This document shows, one piece after another, positions 21,733-32,412 of a DNA stretch of 64,000 nt; the first letter of the stretch is position 1; each line of letters begins with the position of its first letter. Below the pieces are notes generated by a model, which searched no databases, was not told the origin of the DNA, and saw only the letters and a program-made list of their open reading frames with translations. A program made the position numbers and the translations under genes. Source of the stretch: Anthoceros angustus (taxonomy: Eukaryota; Plantae; Anthocerotophyta). The DNA lies in contig MU008180.1 in the NCBI GenBank assembly GCA_010909165.1, positions 991,884-1,055,883 of the forward strand, given 5' to 3'.

Positions 21733-24104
21733 CTATCGATCCATCTTCCTGTCTGTTTGGCTGATCTTCCGCCTTTTCCCGTAGTCATCCTCTCGAGATC
21801 GAGGTCGGTCATCATCATCAGTTGCCCTTGCTTTTTCCCGTCCTCGGCTAGGCCTCTCACGCTCCTCCCAATCTTTTTCCTTCTCACGCTCTCGGGGTCT
21901 CTCCCGGGGTTCTCGTGTCGGCTCACGATACCCTTCCCTATCCCGTTCTCTGTGCCTTTCCCGGTCCACCCAATCCCCATCCCGCTCCTCCGCTCTTCTT
22001 CGGCGCTCTGGAGCTGGCCATTCTGCCTCTGTCCCCCTTTCCCTGTCCCTCGAGCTACCCACCCTGAGCCTGTCCGGTACCATCTCACCTCCATAACCGT
22101 AATCTGCAGCCATCTCTTCTCCATACACACCCATTCTCCTGTCAAGGTCCTCCCCGCCCCAACCGGGCATGGGACCCTCCCCCCAAGCCCCGGGATGTCC
22201 TTCCATCCCAGGCCCCATGCCCGGTCCGTTACCATTTTGTCCCCTGCCAAAAAACCCTGGGTTCACATGAGGACCCACTCCAGGAAGACCAGGCCCCATT
22301 CCAGGAAATGGAGGCCCCATCCCAGGAAACGGCCCAGGAGGACCTCGCGGGACAAAACCACCACCAGGTCCCATGCCATAGCCACCACGACCCATGGGAG
22401 GGCCAAAACCGGGATCAAACCCTTGACCCATCATGCCCTGTGGCGGCATCATACCTCCTGGAGGACCACCCATCGGACCAGGCGGTCCCTGACCGAAGGG
22501 AGCACCACCTCCCATTCCCCTTCCACCCATGCCGCCCCTTCCTCTACCAGGACCTTGGCCAGCTCTTGCACCCATACCAGGTCCTTGATTCCTCGCCCCC
22601 ATTCCCATCCTCCCCCTACCTCCGTCCCCACCGCACCCCTCCACCCCTGCCTCCCATACCACCGTCTCCCATCTTCTTCCCTGCCCCTGCCCTTGCTGAG
22701 ACTGCTGCCCGGCCTGCTGATTCTTCCCCACCTGCGCTGCACCCATCTGCTTAATGGTCTGTGGAGATGCAAAGGCGACAACACACGCCCTCCCATTAAT
22801 AGATCTCCCATCCATCTTCTCCTTGCACAGCCGGGCAGCAGCCGGATCGAAAAACTCAACCTGACAGTACCCTTTAGACTTTCCACTAGCCTTCTCCTCA
22901 TAGAACTTGAGATTCTTTACCCTACCAAACTCCAACAACAATGCCTCCAACTCGGCATCAGTTGTCCACCAATGAAGCTCCCCGACAAACAACATAGTAC
23001 CACCAGCATCTTGCTGGTGAGACCCTCCATGCTTAGCCATATAGTCACTGGCCACAGCCGCAGAGTCCCTAGCAGCAGCAGCAGCAGGCCCAACAGCCCC
23101 ACCCCAGGCCCGGGCGGCCCTGCCCCCACCCCTGCTGCCCAACCTCCCCTACACCCTCCTGCACCTGATCCTGCACCTGCAGGACTCCCCAAGTCTGCCC
23201 CTGAGGCGGCACAAGCACCCCGGCTTCCCGACCCTCTCCCAGCACCTGGCCTCGCTGCTGGTGGATCCATTCACGCCTCCACCCACTCCTGCACCTCCCT
23301 TATTCCCGTTCCCCTCTCCCCACCCCAGGCTTCCCATACCTCCTCCGCCTGGCTGCCCCCAGCATTAAAATCAACCTCGTCCTTCACCTTCACCACACCA
23401 CCTCCTCCTCCTGCCCCTGCGCCTGCCCCTCCCCTCGTATGCTGCTCCTTCCCATCCAGAACACCCCACCACCACCCCTGCCCGAAATTCCCCTTAGGCA
23501 GAGCCCTCTGCCTGGGCCCTGCTCCAGCCTGCCCGGCCCCAGCCCCTCCTCATCCCCGAACTCCACCGGCTCGTCCTTGGGCTTCCCCGCCGCAGCAGCC
23601 ACCGCTGCCCGCCCCTCTGCCACCAAACCCCTGCTGGGCCGCCCTTCTTGATTCCTGCGCGGAGTACACCGCCTCCGGCTCGTCCCCGTACGCGGAGTCG
23701 CCCGCCCTATCCTCGTACTCCTCCTCCCCGAACTCCACCTTAGGGGCGGCCGGGGCAGCGGAAGAGGGCACAGCAGCAACAGGAGCGGCACCAGCACCAG
23801 CACCAGCAGGAGCAGAAGCAGACGCACCGGCAGCAGCAACCCCGTTCTCCCCGGCTTTGAACCTCCCGGAAGACTGCCTCACAACCCCAGCACCAGCGGC
23901 TGCAGCAGGAGCGACAGGAGCCGGGAACAAATCCACGTTCACGTCGTTGTACAGGTCATCGAAGTCCTCCTCGTCCTCCACATCCTCGTCAGCCAGAGCA
24001 GCAATTGCCCCGCCCGCGTAGCCCGAGGCCCCGGCCGGGCCCCGCTCGCCAAAGTCCTCGTCTTCGTAGTCCAGTTCGTCGTCTCCATTATCCACGAACC
24101 CCAT
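21733..24104 (-). CDS. CFIm59/68 (CPSF6/7)-like Gly/Pro-rich RRM protein; reading frame broken in this assembly
   Basis: N-terminus MGFVDNGDDELDYEDEDF..EDFDDLYNDVNV; RRM MLFVGELHWWTTDAELE..KFYEEKASGKSKGYCQVEF..NGRACVVAFA; Gly/Pro-rich middle; RE/RD-rich C-terminus. The pieces lie in different frames between about 23150 and 23650. Confidence 0.85.
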
Positions 24105-24450
24105 GGAGCCTGCCAGGCCCGAGCCAGTCGAGAGCTCCCGGCGCCGGCAGCCCCGCAACCCGCAGCCCGCGGAGGAAGCTACCCTGCCTGCCTGCCTCAG
24201 GCCGCAGGGAGAGGAAGATGGAGAGGGAGATGGGAGATGGCCGGAGCGACGCGACGCAACCCAACTCGGGGGCTCACACCAACCCTCCCATCATCGCGCA
24301 CCCTACACTACACAACACCTTCGTCTTTGCACGGCTTCAGTCTTCGGTGTTCATGCCCTTGGCCCTGATTGCCGTCTAAAAAGGAACTCTGTGATATGTA
24401 CAACGGACTTGCTGGAAAACGTCTCGGCAAGTGTGTCTGGTCTTTTAATG

Positions 24451-24620
24451 TAAGAAGAAGAAGAAGGAAGAAGTCTATTATAGTCCACTTGGATGGAATT
24501 TTTTCTTTCATCAGGGACTTGGAACTGGACAACTTGCAGATGGTGTGTGTAACCTCCTAGCATCGAGGGCATCCACTCTGTCTAGAAGAAGAAGAAGAAA
24601 AGTCTATTACAGTCTATCTC
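24451..24620 (-). mobile_element. Two 3' ends of a (TTC)n-tailed non-LTR retroelement/SINE-like family
   Basis: The minus strand reads gtggactataatagacttcttccttcttcttctt (about 24451-24490) and actgtaatagacttttcttcttcttcttctag (about 24581-24612). Both resemble the plus-strand copy gtggactacaatggacttcttcttctt at about 35660-35686. Confidence 0.55.
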
Positions 24621-25183
24621 ATCTAAGTACCAATCCAAGCTCAAGATACTTAGCAACCATGTCCTTCTAAATGTGTGTCCATTTAGCCTAAGCCATTCGG
24701 TCCAGCATCCAGGCATTGGACTAAAACACCGAGAGTCATACATGTGGAACATGTTGGCTATGCTCCAAACTCAAGTGGAAGGCATACCAACTTGTAAGAT
24801 TCGTCCTTTGCGTGCTCACACTCTACTTTCCCCTAATATATAACCTATATAGAGGCAGAGTTTGAATTATGAACAATGACATTGATCATGAATTATTATT
24901 ATTTTCAAAAAATAAATAATCTTACTAGAAGATATAAAAAATAAAGAAAAAAGGTATAAAGTGGTACTAATTTTACTCACTAATAAAGTTTTTGAGTAGT
25001 GATAACATTTGACTAATATTTATCACATAGGAACCTAAACAATCACCGACCTTTGCTTGGGTTCGTAAACTTAATCCTCTGATGAATGTCACCCGCTGAT
25101 GCTCGTCTATTTTTTGTTGTACTTAACAAGCTTCGTTGCTTTGTACCAAAATGGAAGGAGAGAGAAACTAGATTAATATTTTA

Positions 25184-25305
25184 TGTGGGAAAAAATGATA
25201 CAAATAGCACTATTCTAAGATAAGTTGTTCCTAATATTGTTTGTGGGGAAGATGATATAAGTTGCAGTATTCTAAATACAATGCTCCTAATATAGTTATG
25301 GGGGA
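25184..25305. repeat. Degenerate ~58-bp tandem repeat upstream of TPST
   Basis: Units begin tgtggga (25184), tgtgggg (25242) and tggggg (25299); the first two share atgata..tattctaa..tcctaatat. Confidence 0.55.
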
Positions 25306-25622
25306 GGTTCAAACAACTCATCATTCTACAATAGTATGTTCAATGCTAAGAATCGAAACTAGAAACACAGGCTTCTAATCTAGGAGAATATACTCCCTAC
25401 ATAAGGGAACACAAGACCCTCTTTGTGCTAATATTTGCACAATTGATTGATTGATAGTGGGTTTATTCTATGGTGCATGTCTCTCCCTAGGGACTCCAGC
25501 CGTGCCCTACAAGAGTAGGGCTCAAGCCAATACATTCATGAGATCTATGTTCTTTGGATATAAATATCTATGATGTAATTATGTGGAAAAGAAATCAAAC
25601 ACGATTCTGACGTGTTATATTG

Positions 25623-27104
25623 ATGTTCATAAATATGACGTATAGAAACTTTTTTTTTCTTTGTATCATCCTCTTACTACGCACTTGTTTAATGTCACGA
25701 GCCCTACCACATCTTGAAGATGCAAATTATGTTTTATGCCGTCATGTTGTGGAGTCTTGGGCCCAAGAGGAATATCAAAAGATGAATGACACCAGGGTAC
25801 AATCTCAAGAATTTCCTTCCAAGATGAAAAAACTGTTATTTTTTTTGCATATTCCTCGTACCAGTGGCCGCGTATTTAGTCGTTGCATGTTACACAAGCT
25901 TTTTACAAAAGAAAGATGTCCAAATTCGTATGACAAGTGGCGCTTTGATATTGATAAGCCCACGTGTAGGTTGATATCTAGTCATGATGATTATAGCATC
26001 ACTACAAGATTAGATCAGGAACAAACTTCAGTTTTTGTAATTATGCGGCATCCACTTGATCGAGTTCTTAGTTCTTATGAGTTTGCAATTGAAGAGGCAG
26101 GGTTATTGAATAAAAGATGGCACACTGAGGAGCAACTTGGTGAAAGTGGTAAAAAGAAACTCCCGAAACCTGGAAGTGTACTTACTGTTTGGCCTTGGAA
26201 GTTTCTATGTCCTTTTTTTGAGGAAGATTTACGTAGACGTCACACACAACAAATTGGTAAAGAGGTTGTTGATGTGAATGAACTTGCTGATACACTTGAG
26301 GAGGAAGATACAAATCTCATTGATAATCCTTATAATATGTCAGATATTGTTATACCTCTTCATGAGTTTATAAAGCATCCACTAGCATTGGACCTTGTAC
26401 ATAATGGAGCTACATTTCAAATAGCTGGGTTGACCAATAATTCCATAAGTAGTCATGCACAAAGTTTGCGGCATTGTGCACAACAATATAATTCACTAGG
26501 AAATATTATTCTCTCTGTGGCTAAGAGGCGATTGGATCAAATGTTTTTTGTAGGCTTAACAGATCAACAAGAAGATTCTGCAAGAATGCTTGCAGAAATT
26601 GTAACTCAAGACAAGTTGTTACACTATCAATTTGAAGAGAATCGAGAGTCACTAAGGAATGATTCTATACCTACAAACCAATTTGTTGGGATGGACGAAA
26701 TAATGAAGAATTATACTAACTGCACGAAAAGGGTGAGAGCTGGACATAATAAGCGTACTCAATCTGGTCTTACATCAATTTCTTTGAATCTTACTCGAGA
26801 GCATAGGAGTAAGTTATTACCCTCTACAATCCATGACATTTTGGAGCTTAATGCTTTAGATATTGAAGTATATAACCATGCAAAAAAGATATTTGAAAAA
26901 CAAAAATTGCTATTGTTTCCAAAACTGGATATTGAACAATATTCTAAGCAAAGACCTACATTATCTCTAAAAATCAAAATTCAAAACTATTTGGCTACCA
27001 AAATTTTATTTTTATTATTATCATTATTATTATTATTTGGTATTATATATTATCGGTCCAAAAATATTGAAACTCCTCCAAAATACGATTTAAAAAATAA
27101 TTAG
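25623..27104 (+). CDS. TPST: Plant-type tyrosylprotein sulfotransferase, full-length, intronless, AT-rich
   Basis: Single ORF of about 493 aa, collinear with plant TPST: signal peptide, LLFFLHIPRTSGR (PAPS-binding), CPNSYDK, HDDYS, RHPLDRVLSSYEF, WPWKFL, NPYNM, HNGATFQIAGLTNNS, AKRRLDQMFFVGLT, LNALDIEVYNHAK, C-terminal TM ILFLLLSLLLLFGIIYY. Confidence 0.93.
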   Translation: MFINMTYRNFFFLCIILLLRTCLMSRALPHLEDANYVLCRHVVESWAQEEYQKMNDTRVQSQEFPSKMKKLLFFLHIPRTSGRVFSRCMLHKLFTKERCPNSYDKWRFDIDKPTCRLISSHDDYSITTRLDQEQTSVFVIMRHPLDRVLSSYEFAIEEAGLLNKRWHTEEQLGESGKKKLPKPGSVLTVWPWKFLCPFFEEDLRRRHTQQIGKEVVDVNELADTLEEEDTNLIDNPYNMSDIVIPLHEFIKHPLALDLVHNGATFQIAGLTNNSISSHAQSLRHCAQQYNSLGNIILSVAKRRLDQMFFVGLTDQQEDSARMLAEIVTQDKLLHYQFEENRESLRNDSIPTNQFVGMDEIMKNYTNCTKRVRAGHNKRTQSGLTSISLNLTREHRSKLLPSTIHDILELNALDIEVYNHAKKIFEKQKLLLFPKLDIEQYSKQRPTLSLKIKIQNYLATKILFLLLSLLLLFGIIYYRSKNIETPPKYDLKNN

Positions 27105-27110
27105 TGAAGA

Positions 27111-28620
27111 GCTAGAAGAAGAAGAACAACAAATCTTTTTTAGTCCATAAGGGCTTTTGTGCGGCATGTCAAGTTCATAATTAGGTAGACACATGAGAAA
27201 AATTCTCTAAGAGGACTTGAAGAATTCCGCTACTATATCAAATGCTTATGAGATGAATTCTCTTGGGAATTCATGTCAAGGACCAGGGCTTTCCCCAGCG
27301 TGTTAAGACCCCCTAAAACATGTTCATGAAGCTCTATCCTCTATGCCCCATGACCTTGATTTGTTACTCTGACAAGGTTATGGAGCAGCAAGCGATTTTA
27401 GACACTTTAAAGACGTATCTGCGCCGAATGAGGGGTCTATTAACATTTGCCTATATTTTTGGAGTCAGCTCAATATGTCATTGACTCTTTCAGAGTCGTC
27501 GAGTAATCAAATTGAGCTATAGATTCATTTGTACTTTCAGGTTTGATTGAGTAGAAGATTCACTACAAAAATAAATTATAGCTATGGTTTCTATTGTCTT
27601 ATAATATTGCATCCTTTAGTGCAAGTAGTTTTCCAGCTATTTATAAGAGAAATAAGAAGGCTACTTTGTCATGAGTGTATGTGCTTAGAGAAAAACAGAG
27701 ACTTTATGTTAGAAAAAGAGATGAAAAATCCCATCGACCTCGAGGCAAAAAAGAGAACAACCTCAGGAGGATACCTGGCCAAGGGGGGCTAGCCTCCATA
27801 ATCACCCATTTTGAAACTATCTATTGCGCCGCGAATGTCATGGTCGAGAATATGAAAGAGCCTACCCATTACTAGGGGCGAAGATGCCGCATCCATCGCG
27901 CTTGCTACCATCCAGTACACTGCGTTTGCTAATGCCCTTTGTAGGACAATGCCGACCCTTTGAATGAAGAAAGCCATCAAATAGGAAAGGAGGAGACCAA
28001 CCCCATTCTTGGGGCTATCGTACGTCTTGGCATAGGCCTTAATGAACGGGGAAATCCGTGCCCATGGCCCCATGAGTCTCGATGGCAGGGAGGATGAAGG
28101 CATGACCTTCTAGCATGGGAGAGTACTTGTGGACCTTCGTCATTGCACATCCCTCCGCTGTCCAACCCGGAGGATTAATGATAACATGTTCGCAGAGGAT
28201 GTCCCAGGTAAGGTCTGTTACAACCACATCCGCAACATCAACCTAGTCCCCTCGGACCAAAAACAGTTCCATCGTGGGAGAAACACTATCGAGCAAAGTT
28301 TAAGGGTGCTCCTTTTAGGGAAAGAGCTTGCCCTCCTTAGCCAACGAGTACATGATGCGATGTCCATGCGTATAATGTTGCCCGAAGTAACAATGATGGG
28401 TCTTAGAGTCGTCGAGGGGACCCCACACTTGCAAGTCAGGAAAGAGCAGGCCTGAGATAAAATCAAACCCTAGCAGAACCTCAGCGCAGTAGGAAAAGAG
28501 GGTGGTGCGATTTGAAATGCTTGGATGCAAGGTCGAGCTAGAAGCCAAGAACATGCTCCCTTCCCCGAGGAGGAGCGGAGGTGAGCTCGACCAGGCCAGG
28601 GAGTGCTTATAAAGTCTAGA
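27111..28620 (-). mobile_element. 5'-truncated, degenerate CRE-like non-LTR retrotransposon (restriction-like endonuclease end) with (TTC)n tail
   Basis: Minus-strand fragments across stops and frameshifts: Zn-knuckle-like TCKCGVP (about 28430), DVVVTD (about 28225), KVHKY, FILPAIETHGAMG (about 28090), FFIQRVGIVLQRALANAV (about 27940). This is the order expected for the CCHC plus RLE C-terminus of CRE/R2-type elements. The tail ggactaaaaaagatttgttgttcttcttcttctag ends at about 27111. Confidence 0.7.
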
Positions 28621-28875
28621 GTTATATATTATGATAGTTATATATGTAACTTTTTTTAACACAACCCACTATACATTATGCTTATCCGGTATGCTCAGAA
28701 AAATCATATTTGCTGGTTGACTAAAGCTACGGCTTAGCTTGAACAATATAAGTTCTCTTCTTCATGTTTGTCGGCCTGCATTTTATTGAGAGATTTTTAG
28801 CGAAACAGCCCACTCCAACTCAAAAGGTCGGCAAACAAAATGGAGGATGTATCAAAAACCGTCGTTGTTCTGTTG

Positions 28876-28952
28876 TTTCTTAGTTCAATCCCATGGTCTT
28901 ACCTATGTCCTACGGTATCTATCCTATTTCTTAGTTCAATCCCATGGTCTTA
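28876..28952. repeat. 26-bp perfect direct repeat, 51-bp period
   Basis: tttcttagttcaatcccatggtctta at 28876-28901 and 28927-28952. Confidence 0.8.
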
Positions 28953-29287
28953 TTCCGGGGGCGCTGCTTCCTTACCCTTATGAAAGAGCCCTATGTCTTG
29001 TTTCAGTCCCAATCCTTTGCACCTTAGTCCTGGTATTTGACGCTGCTGAAATACTGGTATGCATACCTATGTTATACACAGGACATGATGTTGTAACCGC
29101 GAATGGTTCTTTATCCCTTGCACGCTCATCTAGCACGTAGGGTCTGGAACATGCATTTGAATCTACCGGGCAAATTTGGGAGTATCAGAGACCATGAAAA
29201 CCATGAGTCCTGCCGCTGTGAACTTTGAAGTGTCTCTGCTTAAACGGAGGCCATTTAGCAGGGGTTCTTTGGTACTAAATAAGCAAG

Positions 29288-30772
29288 CTACTCAGAGGCT
29301 TGCGCTGGTTTCCATGCTGCCAAGGCCCACAGAACTCTCTCCTTCCATCCATGAAGAATCCATTCCTTGTCACGACGGATGGTGAAATTCCGGTGGTAGC
29401 CTTCCATGATATGAGCAGTGCTGCGGAACCAATTCTCCTGCAAAGGTATCTGTTTGAACCCAGTATTCTCAAGCAGACGGTACCACTGACGGTAGGACTC
29501 GCTTCGTTCCCTTCTATCCAAGCCCTCGCAGGCAATAAAATTAATAATAGCGCGACCAGCAACATCTCTCTCCAGAATCAGTCTCTCCTCCTCATGATGG
29601 CTCAGTGTGTGGCCATACGAGTCGAATAGGTTGGCCATGTAGCCAACAGCATCAGGAATCCTGCTCACCAAGAAGTGCTCGTTGGAAGCACAATTGTTGA
29701 ATCCCGTGACAAAAGCCTTGGGATTCATGCTGCAAATTCTCTCCAGCACAGTGCGTCTGGGATTAGAGGGTACCACCGTGCTGTCCAGCAGATGCCGGAG
29801 CCTGTAGGTGCAGCACACAGCAAGGTCTTCATCCCTCTGCAGGCGTAAAGAGGAGACCTGCACATCCTGCCACTGCTCTGCGAAGCCTTGGAATTCGAAG
29901 CGAATCCCCAAGCTGGCTGCAAATTTTGACAATCTTTCCCCAGTCTTTTGCAACTGGTCATCCATGTCCAGGCCAGGCTGGGGGAACTCTATCCCAGTGA
30001 TACGCAGCAGCTCAGGCGGACCTTGGGGACGGTGGACAAGCTCTCGGATGAAGCTCGGCCACTGGCGGCCATTCAGGATACCGTAGCTGATCACATGCAC
30101 TCGGCGAGCGCCACTGAATGCGTCCAGAAGGACGCTGTTAGTGAACTGGTAAGCCATGGAGAACAAGGGCAGCTTTGAGAACAAGAGCTGGAAGGCTCTG
30201 TGAGAATAGAACCCGTACAGGCGGCCTTCCACGGTGTACAGTTCTGCCCCTGTTCCGTGCAACCTTGCCACCAATGCCTCCACGAAATAATGCGTCATAC
30301 GCTGCAAGGAAGAGCCTGCCGGATTGGTATACCTCCTCAAATAGTTCACCGCCTCCGTGGCCTTGCGGAAGTCGTCTGCAGCCACTGCCGCAGCACAATC
30401 CAACAGCATGTTCGTCACCGCGCCCACGCTCAAGTCTTGCTGAAGAGCACGGGCAAGCGCCGGAGCAGCCGCCTGCAACCGCACGGCACCGGGCTCCGGT
30501 TCCAGGCCGGATGCCGCCTGGCCGATGAGCACCGCGAGCTCGCTGTGCAGAGCCTGGTAGGCAAGCAAGTTAGGGAGCTCCATCGCATACTGGTCCCCAA
30601 ACCCCGACTCATCCCACAGCAGCACATCCTCCAAGTACGCCAGAGTCGCAACTTGCCTCTGCCGAACAGAAGGCGGAGCTTGCGATTGGCCGCCACCGTT
30701 GGTCCTGCTCAGAGCCTGCGCCAGAGCTCGCTGCAGCTGCACCGTGAGCGAGCCCCGTGCTGGTCCTGACAT
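29288..30772 (-). CDS. GRAS transcription factor, LISCL/SCL14-like, intronless
   Basis: LLDCAAAVAADD..QRMTHYFVEALVARLHGTG (LHRI), VHVISYGILNGRQWPSFI (VHIID), LRITGIEFPQPG, LRHLLDSTV..NPRRTVL (PFYRE), NFIACEGLDRRERSESYRQW, ILHGWKERVLWALAAWKP (SAW). N-terminal LAYLEDVLL motif as in LISCL. First ATG at 30772. Confidence 0.92.
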   Translation of the reverse strand: MSGPARGSLTVQLQRALAQALSRTNGGGQSQAPPSVRQRQVATLAYLEDVLLWDESGFGDQYAMELPNLLAYQALHSELAVLIGQAASGLEPEPGAVRLQAAAPALARALQQDLSVGAVTNMLLDCAAAVAADDFRKATEAVNYLRRYTNPAGSSLQRMTHYFVEALVARLHGTGAELYTVEGRLYGFYSHRAFQLLFSKLPLFSMAYQFTNSVLLDAFSGARRVHVISYGILNGRQWPSFIRELVHRPQGPPELLRITGIEFPQPGLDMDDQLQKTGERLSKFAASLGIRFEFQGFAEQWQDVQVSSLRLQRDEDLAVCCTYRLRHLLDSTVVPSNPRRTVLERICSMNPKAFVTGFNNCASNEHFLVSRIPDAVGYMANLFDSYGHTLSHHEEERLILERDVAGRAIINFIACEGLDRRERSESYRQWYRLLENTGFKQIPLQENWFRSTAHIMEGYHRNFTIRRDKEWILHGWKERVLWALAAWKPAQASE

Positions 30773-31839
30773 CCCTCCCCTTCCCGCTTCCTCCTCAGGC
30801 TGGAACTGGCAGCCTCCACCCCAGGCTTCCGGGGTCCATCCGAAGCTCCTGCATTCCTCGACTACCGAGTGCCACGAGCCTAGACTGGCAGTGTGATGTA
30901 TCCGTCTAATTCCCACATACAGCATCGGCTGCTCCAGTTCCGTGAGCTGACATACTGACCTAACTGTGCACCACAGCTGAAAGCTATGGACCGTGACTCG
31001 TTGAAGCCATACGATGCTTCCAGTGCATCATCGCATAACGCTCGCCGAGCTTCTCCATTGTGGTCTAAGTCGGCATTGTCACCTGTTCCGTGTCGCACCA
31101 AGCAACAGTAATCAAAGCTGCCCGACATCCTAACATGTATTGCTCACATTCACAGCACTGCTGCCTGTTCAAGAACACCTGTCGTCATCCGGCTGTTCAG
31201 TGTGTCTGTCGTTAGTGAAAGGTATGCACCAACATGTATATCTTATCTACACCAGTCAGCAACCAAAGCCACCAAAAGTTCGTCCGCGGTTTAATCTGAG
31301 GTTGCCTTGCTCCAGTGGAATCTGTCTCTGGAATCTGTATCTGTCACAAATAGAAGCGACAAAAAGTTTCCCGGGTTCTTCTTCCTTTTCTTCGTGTGGC
31401 GCCTCCGGCCATCTCTCCCAAGCAGACCTGCGGGCATTATGCCCCGGAAGTTGGAAGGTGTGGAAACGGAACACTTTGAGGTAAAATGAATCCTTATATA
31501 AGACAAAATCGCACCCTACCATAGCCCTGAACCAAGAGCGGAGTGTTAGTGTAGTTTTGATATTGTCTCCTAGGTATGTCACCACGCGAAGCTATGCTCG
31601 CATTAAAGCTATGGCCCTAAACTGGCTAAATAAGCCAAATGAAAAGACTCTTTTAGTATACAGTTTTGAATCAGATAAATATTAGCTTATATATTTTAAA
31701 TGAAATCATAGGACATTAAAACTGCATTCAACACATTAAAAGTGGAAGAAGAGTAGAAATACCTATTTGTTCTATGTAGTAATTTCAAAATTATAAAGCT
31801 TTTAGTTCTTTGATATGAGATAAAATAGAAAAACTAAAT

Positions 31840-32412
31840 TTAGTTAATATAGGGTAACTCAATTAAAGCATATGGAGGTTTTGGACAAATATCATTTTTC
31901 TCATTTTTTTGGAGAGGATCTGGCGGTATAGGCCGACAAAATGTAGGATTATCTATTGTGTAACTAAAGAAACAATCAACTGCTAATCTATCCGCACTTC
32001 TATGCGACGGGCACAATGTATTTAGAATTTCATTTTTCAAAAAATCTAGACATTCTCGACATTGAAGTTTTGATTGCATTGTCTCTCTCTCTCCATAACA
32101 TGCAACACTTATTAACATTCGAAAAATTTGCCATCCATAAACTTGCAACTTGAGTACAACATATTTAGGAGAAGAAATGGCAAATTCAATTCTATCAATT
32201 CCGTCCTCAAAGTACATATTTAATGCACGCTTAATAAACACAAGAGCTGGATCGTTGGCTGCAATAAGTTTTCCACACTCGTAATAGAGTCCGGAAATGT
32301 TAGGAGGAGGAAGAGGTTGTGAGTCGCTCATGGTACCCATCTTACTTATAAGGATCATTATTATGACATATTTAACAAAAGAAGTTGTAAAACTTTGAAA
32401 ATTTAAATACAT
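31840..32412 (-). CDS. Secreted Cys-rich protein, probably single-domain DUF26/Gnk2-like
   Basis: Intronless ORF in an AT-rich island: hydrophobic N-terminal segment (FVKYVIIMILIS), N-terminal YYEC, then C-X12-C-X2-C-X12-CP-X11-C-FFSY, resembling the DUF26 C-X8-C-X2-C..CP..C.lRY pattern. Confidence 0.55.
   Translation of the reverse strand: MYLNFQSFTTSFVKYVIIMILISKMGTMSDSQPLPPPNISGLYYECGKLIAANDPALVFIKRALNMYFEDGIDRIEFAISSPKYVVLKLQVYGWQIFRMLISVACYGERETMQSKLQCRECLDFLKNEILNTLCPSHRSADRLAVDCFFSYTIDNPTFCRPIPPDPLQKNEKNDICPKPPYALIELPYIN

Noticed and set aside
21658-24021. 787-aa Pro/Ser-rich plus-strand ORF
   Set aside because: Antisense to the Gly-rich CFIm-like gene; the Pro richness mirrors GGN codons on the coding strand.
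25623-27104. Bacterial or animal horizontal origin for the AT-rich TPST
   Set aside because: The protein is collinear with the plant-specific TPST type from signal peptide to C-terminal TM; any transfer would have to be plant-to-plant.
24578-27116. CTAG next to the (GAA)n runs as Helitron 3' ends capturing TPST
   Set aside because: No GC hairpin precedes the CTAG, and the related copies at 24451 and 35686 lack it; a non-LTR tail explains the pattern better.
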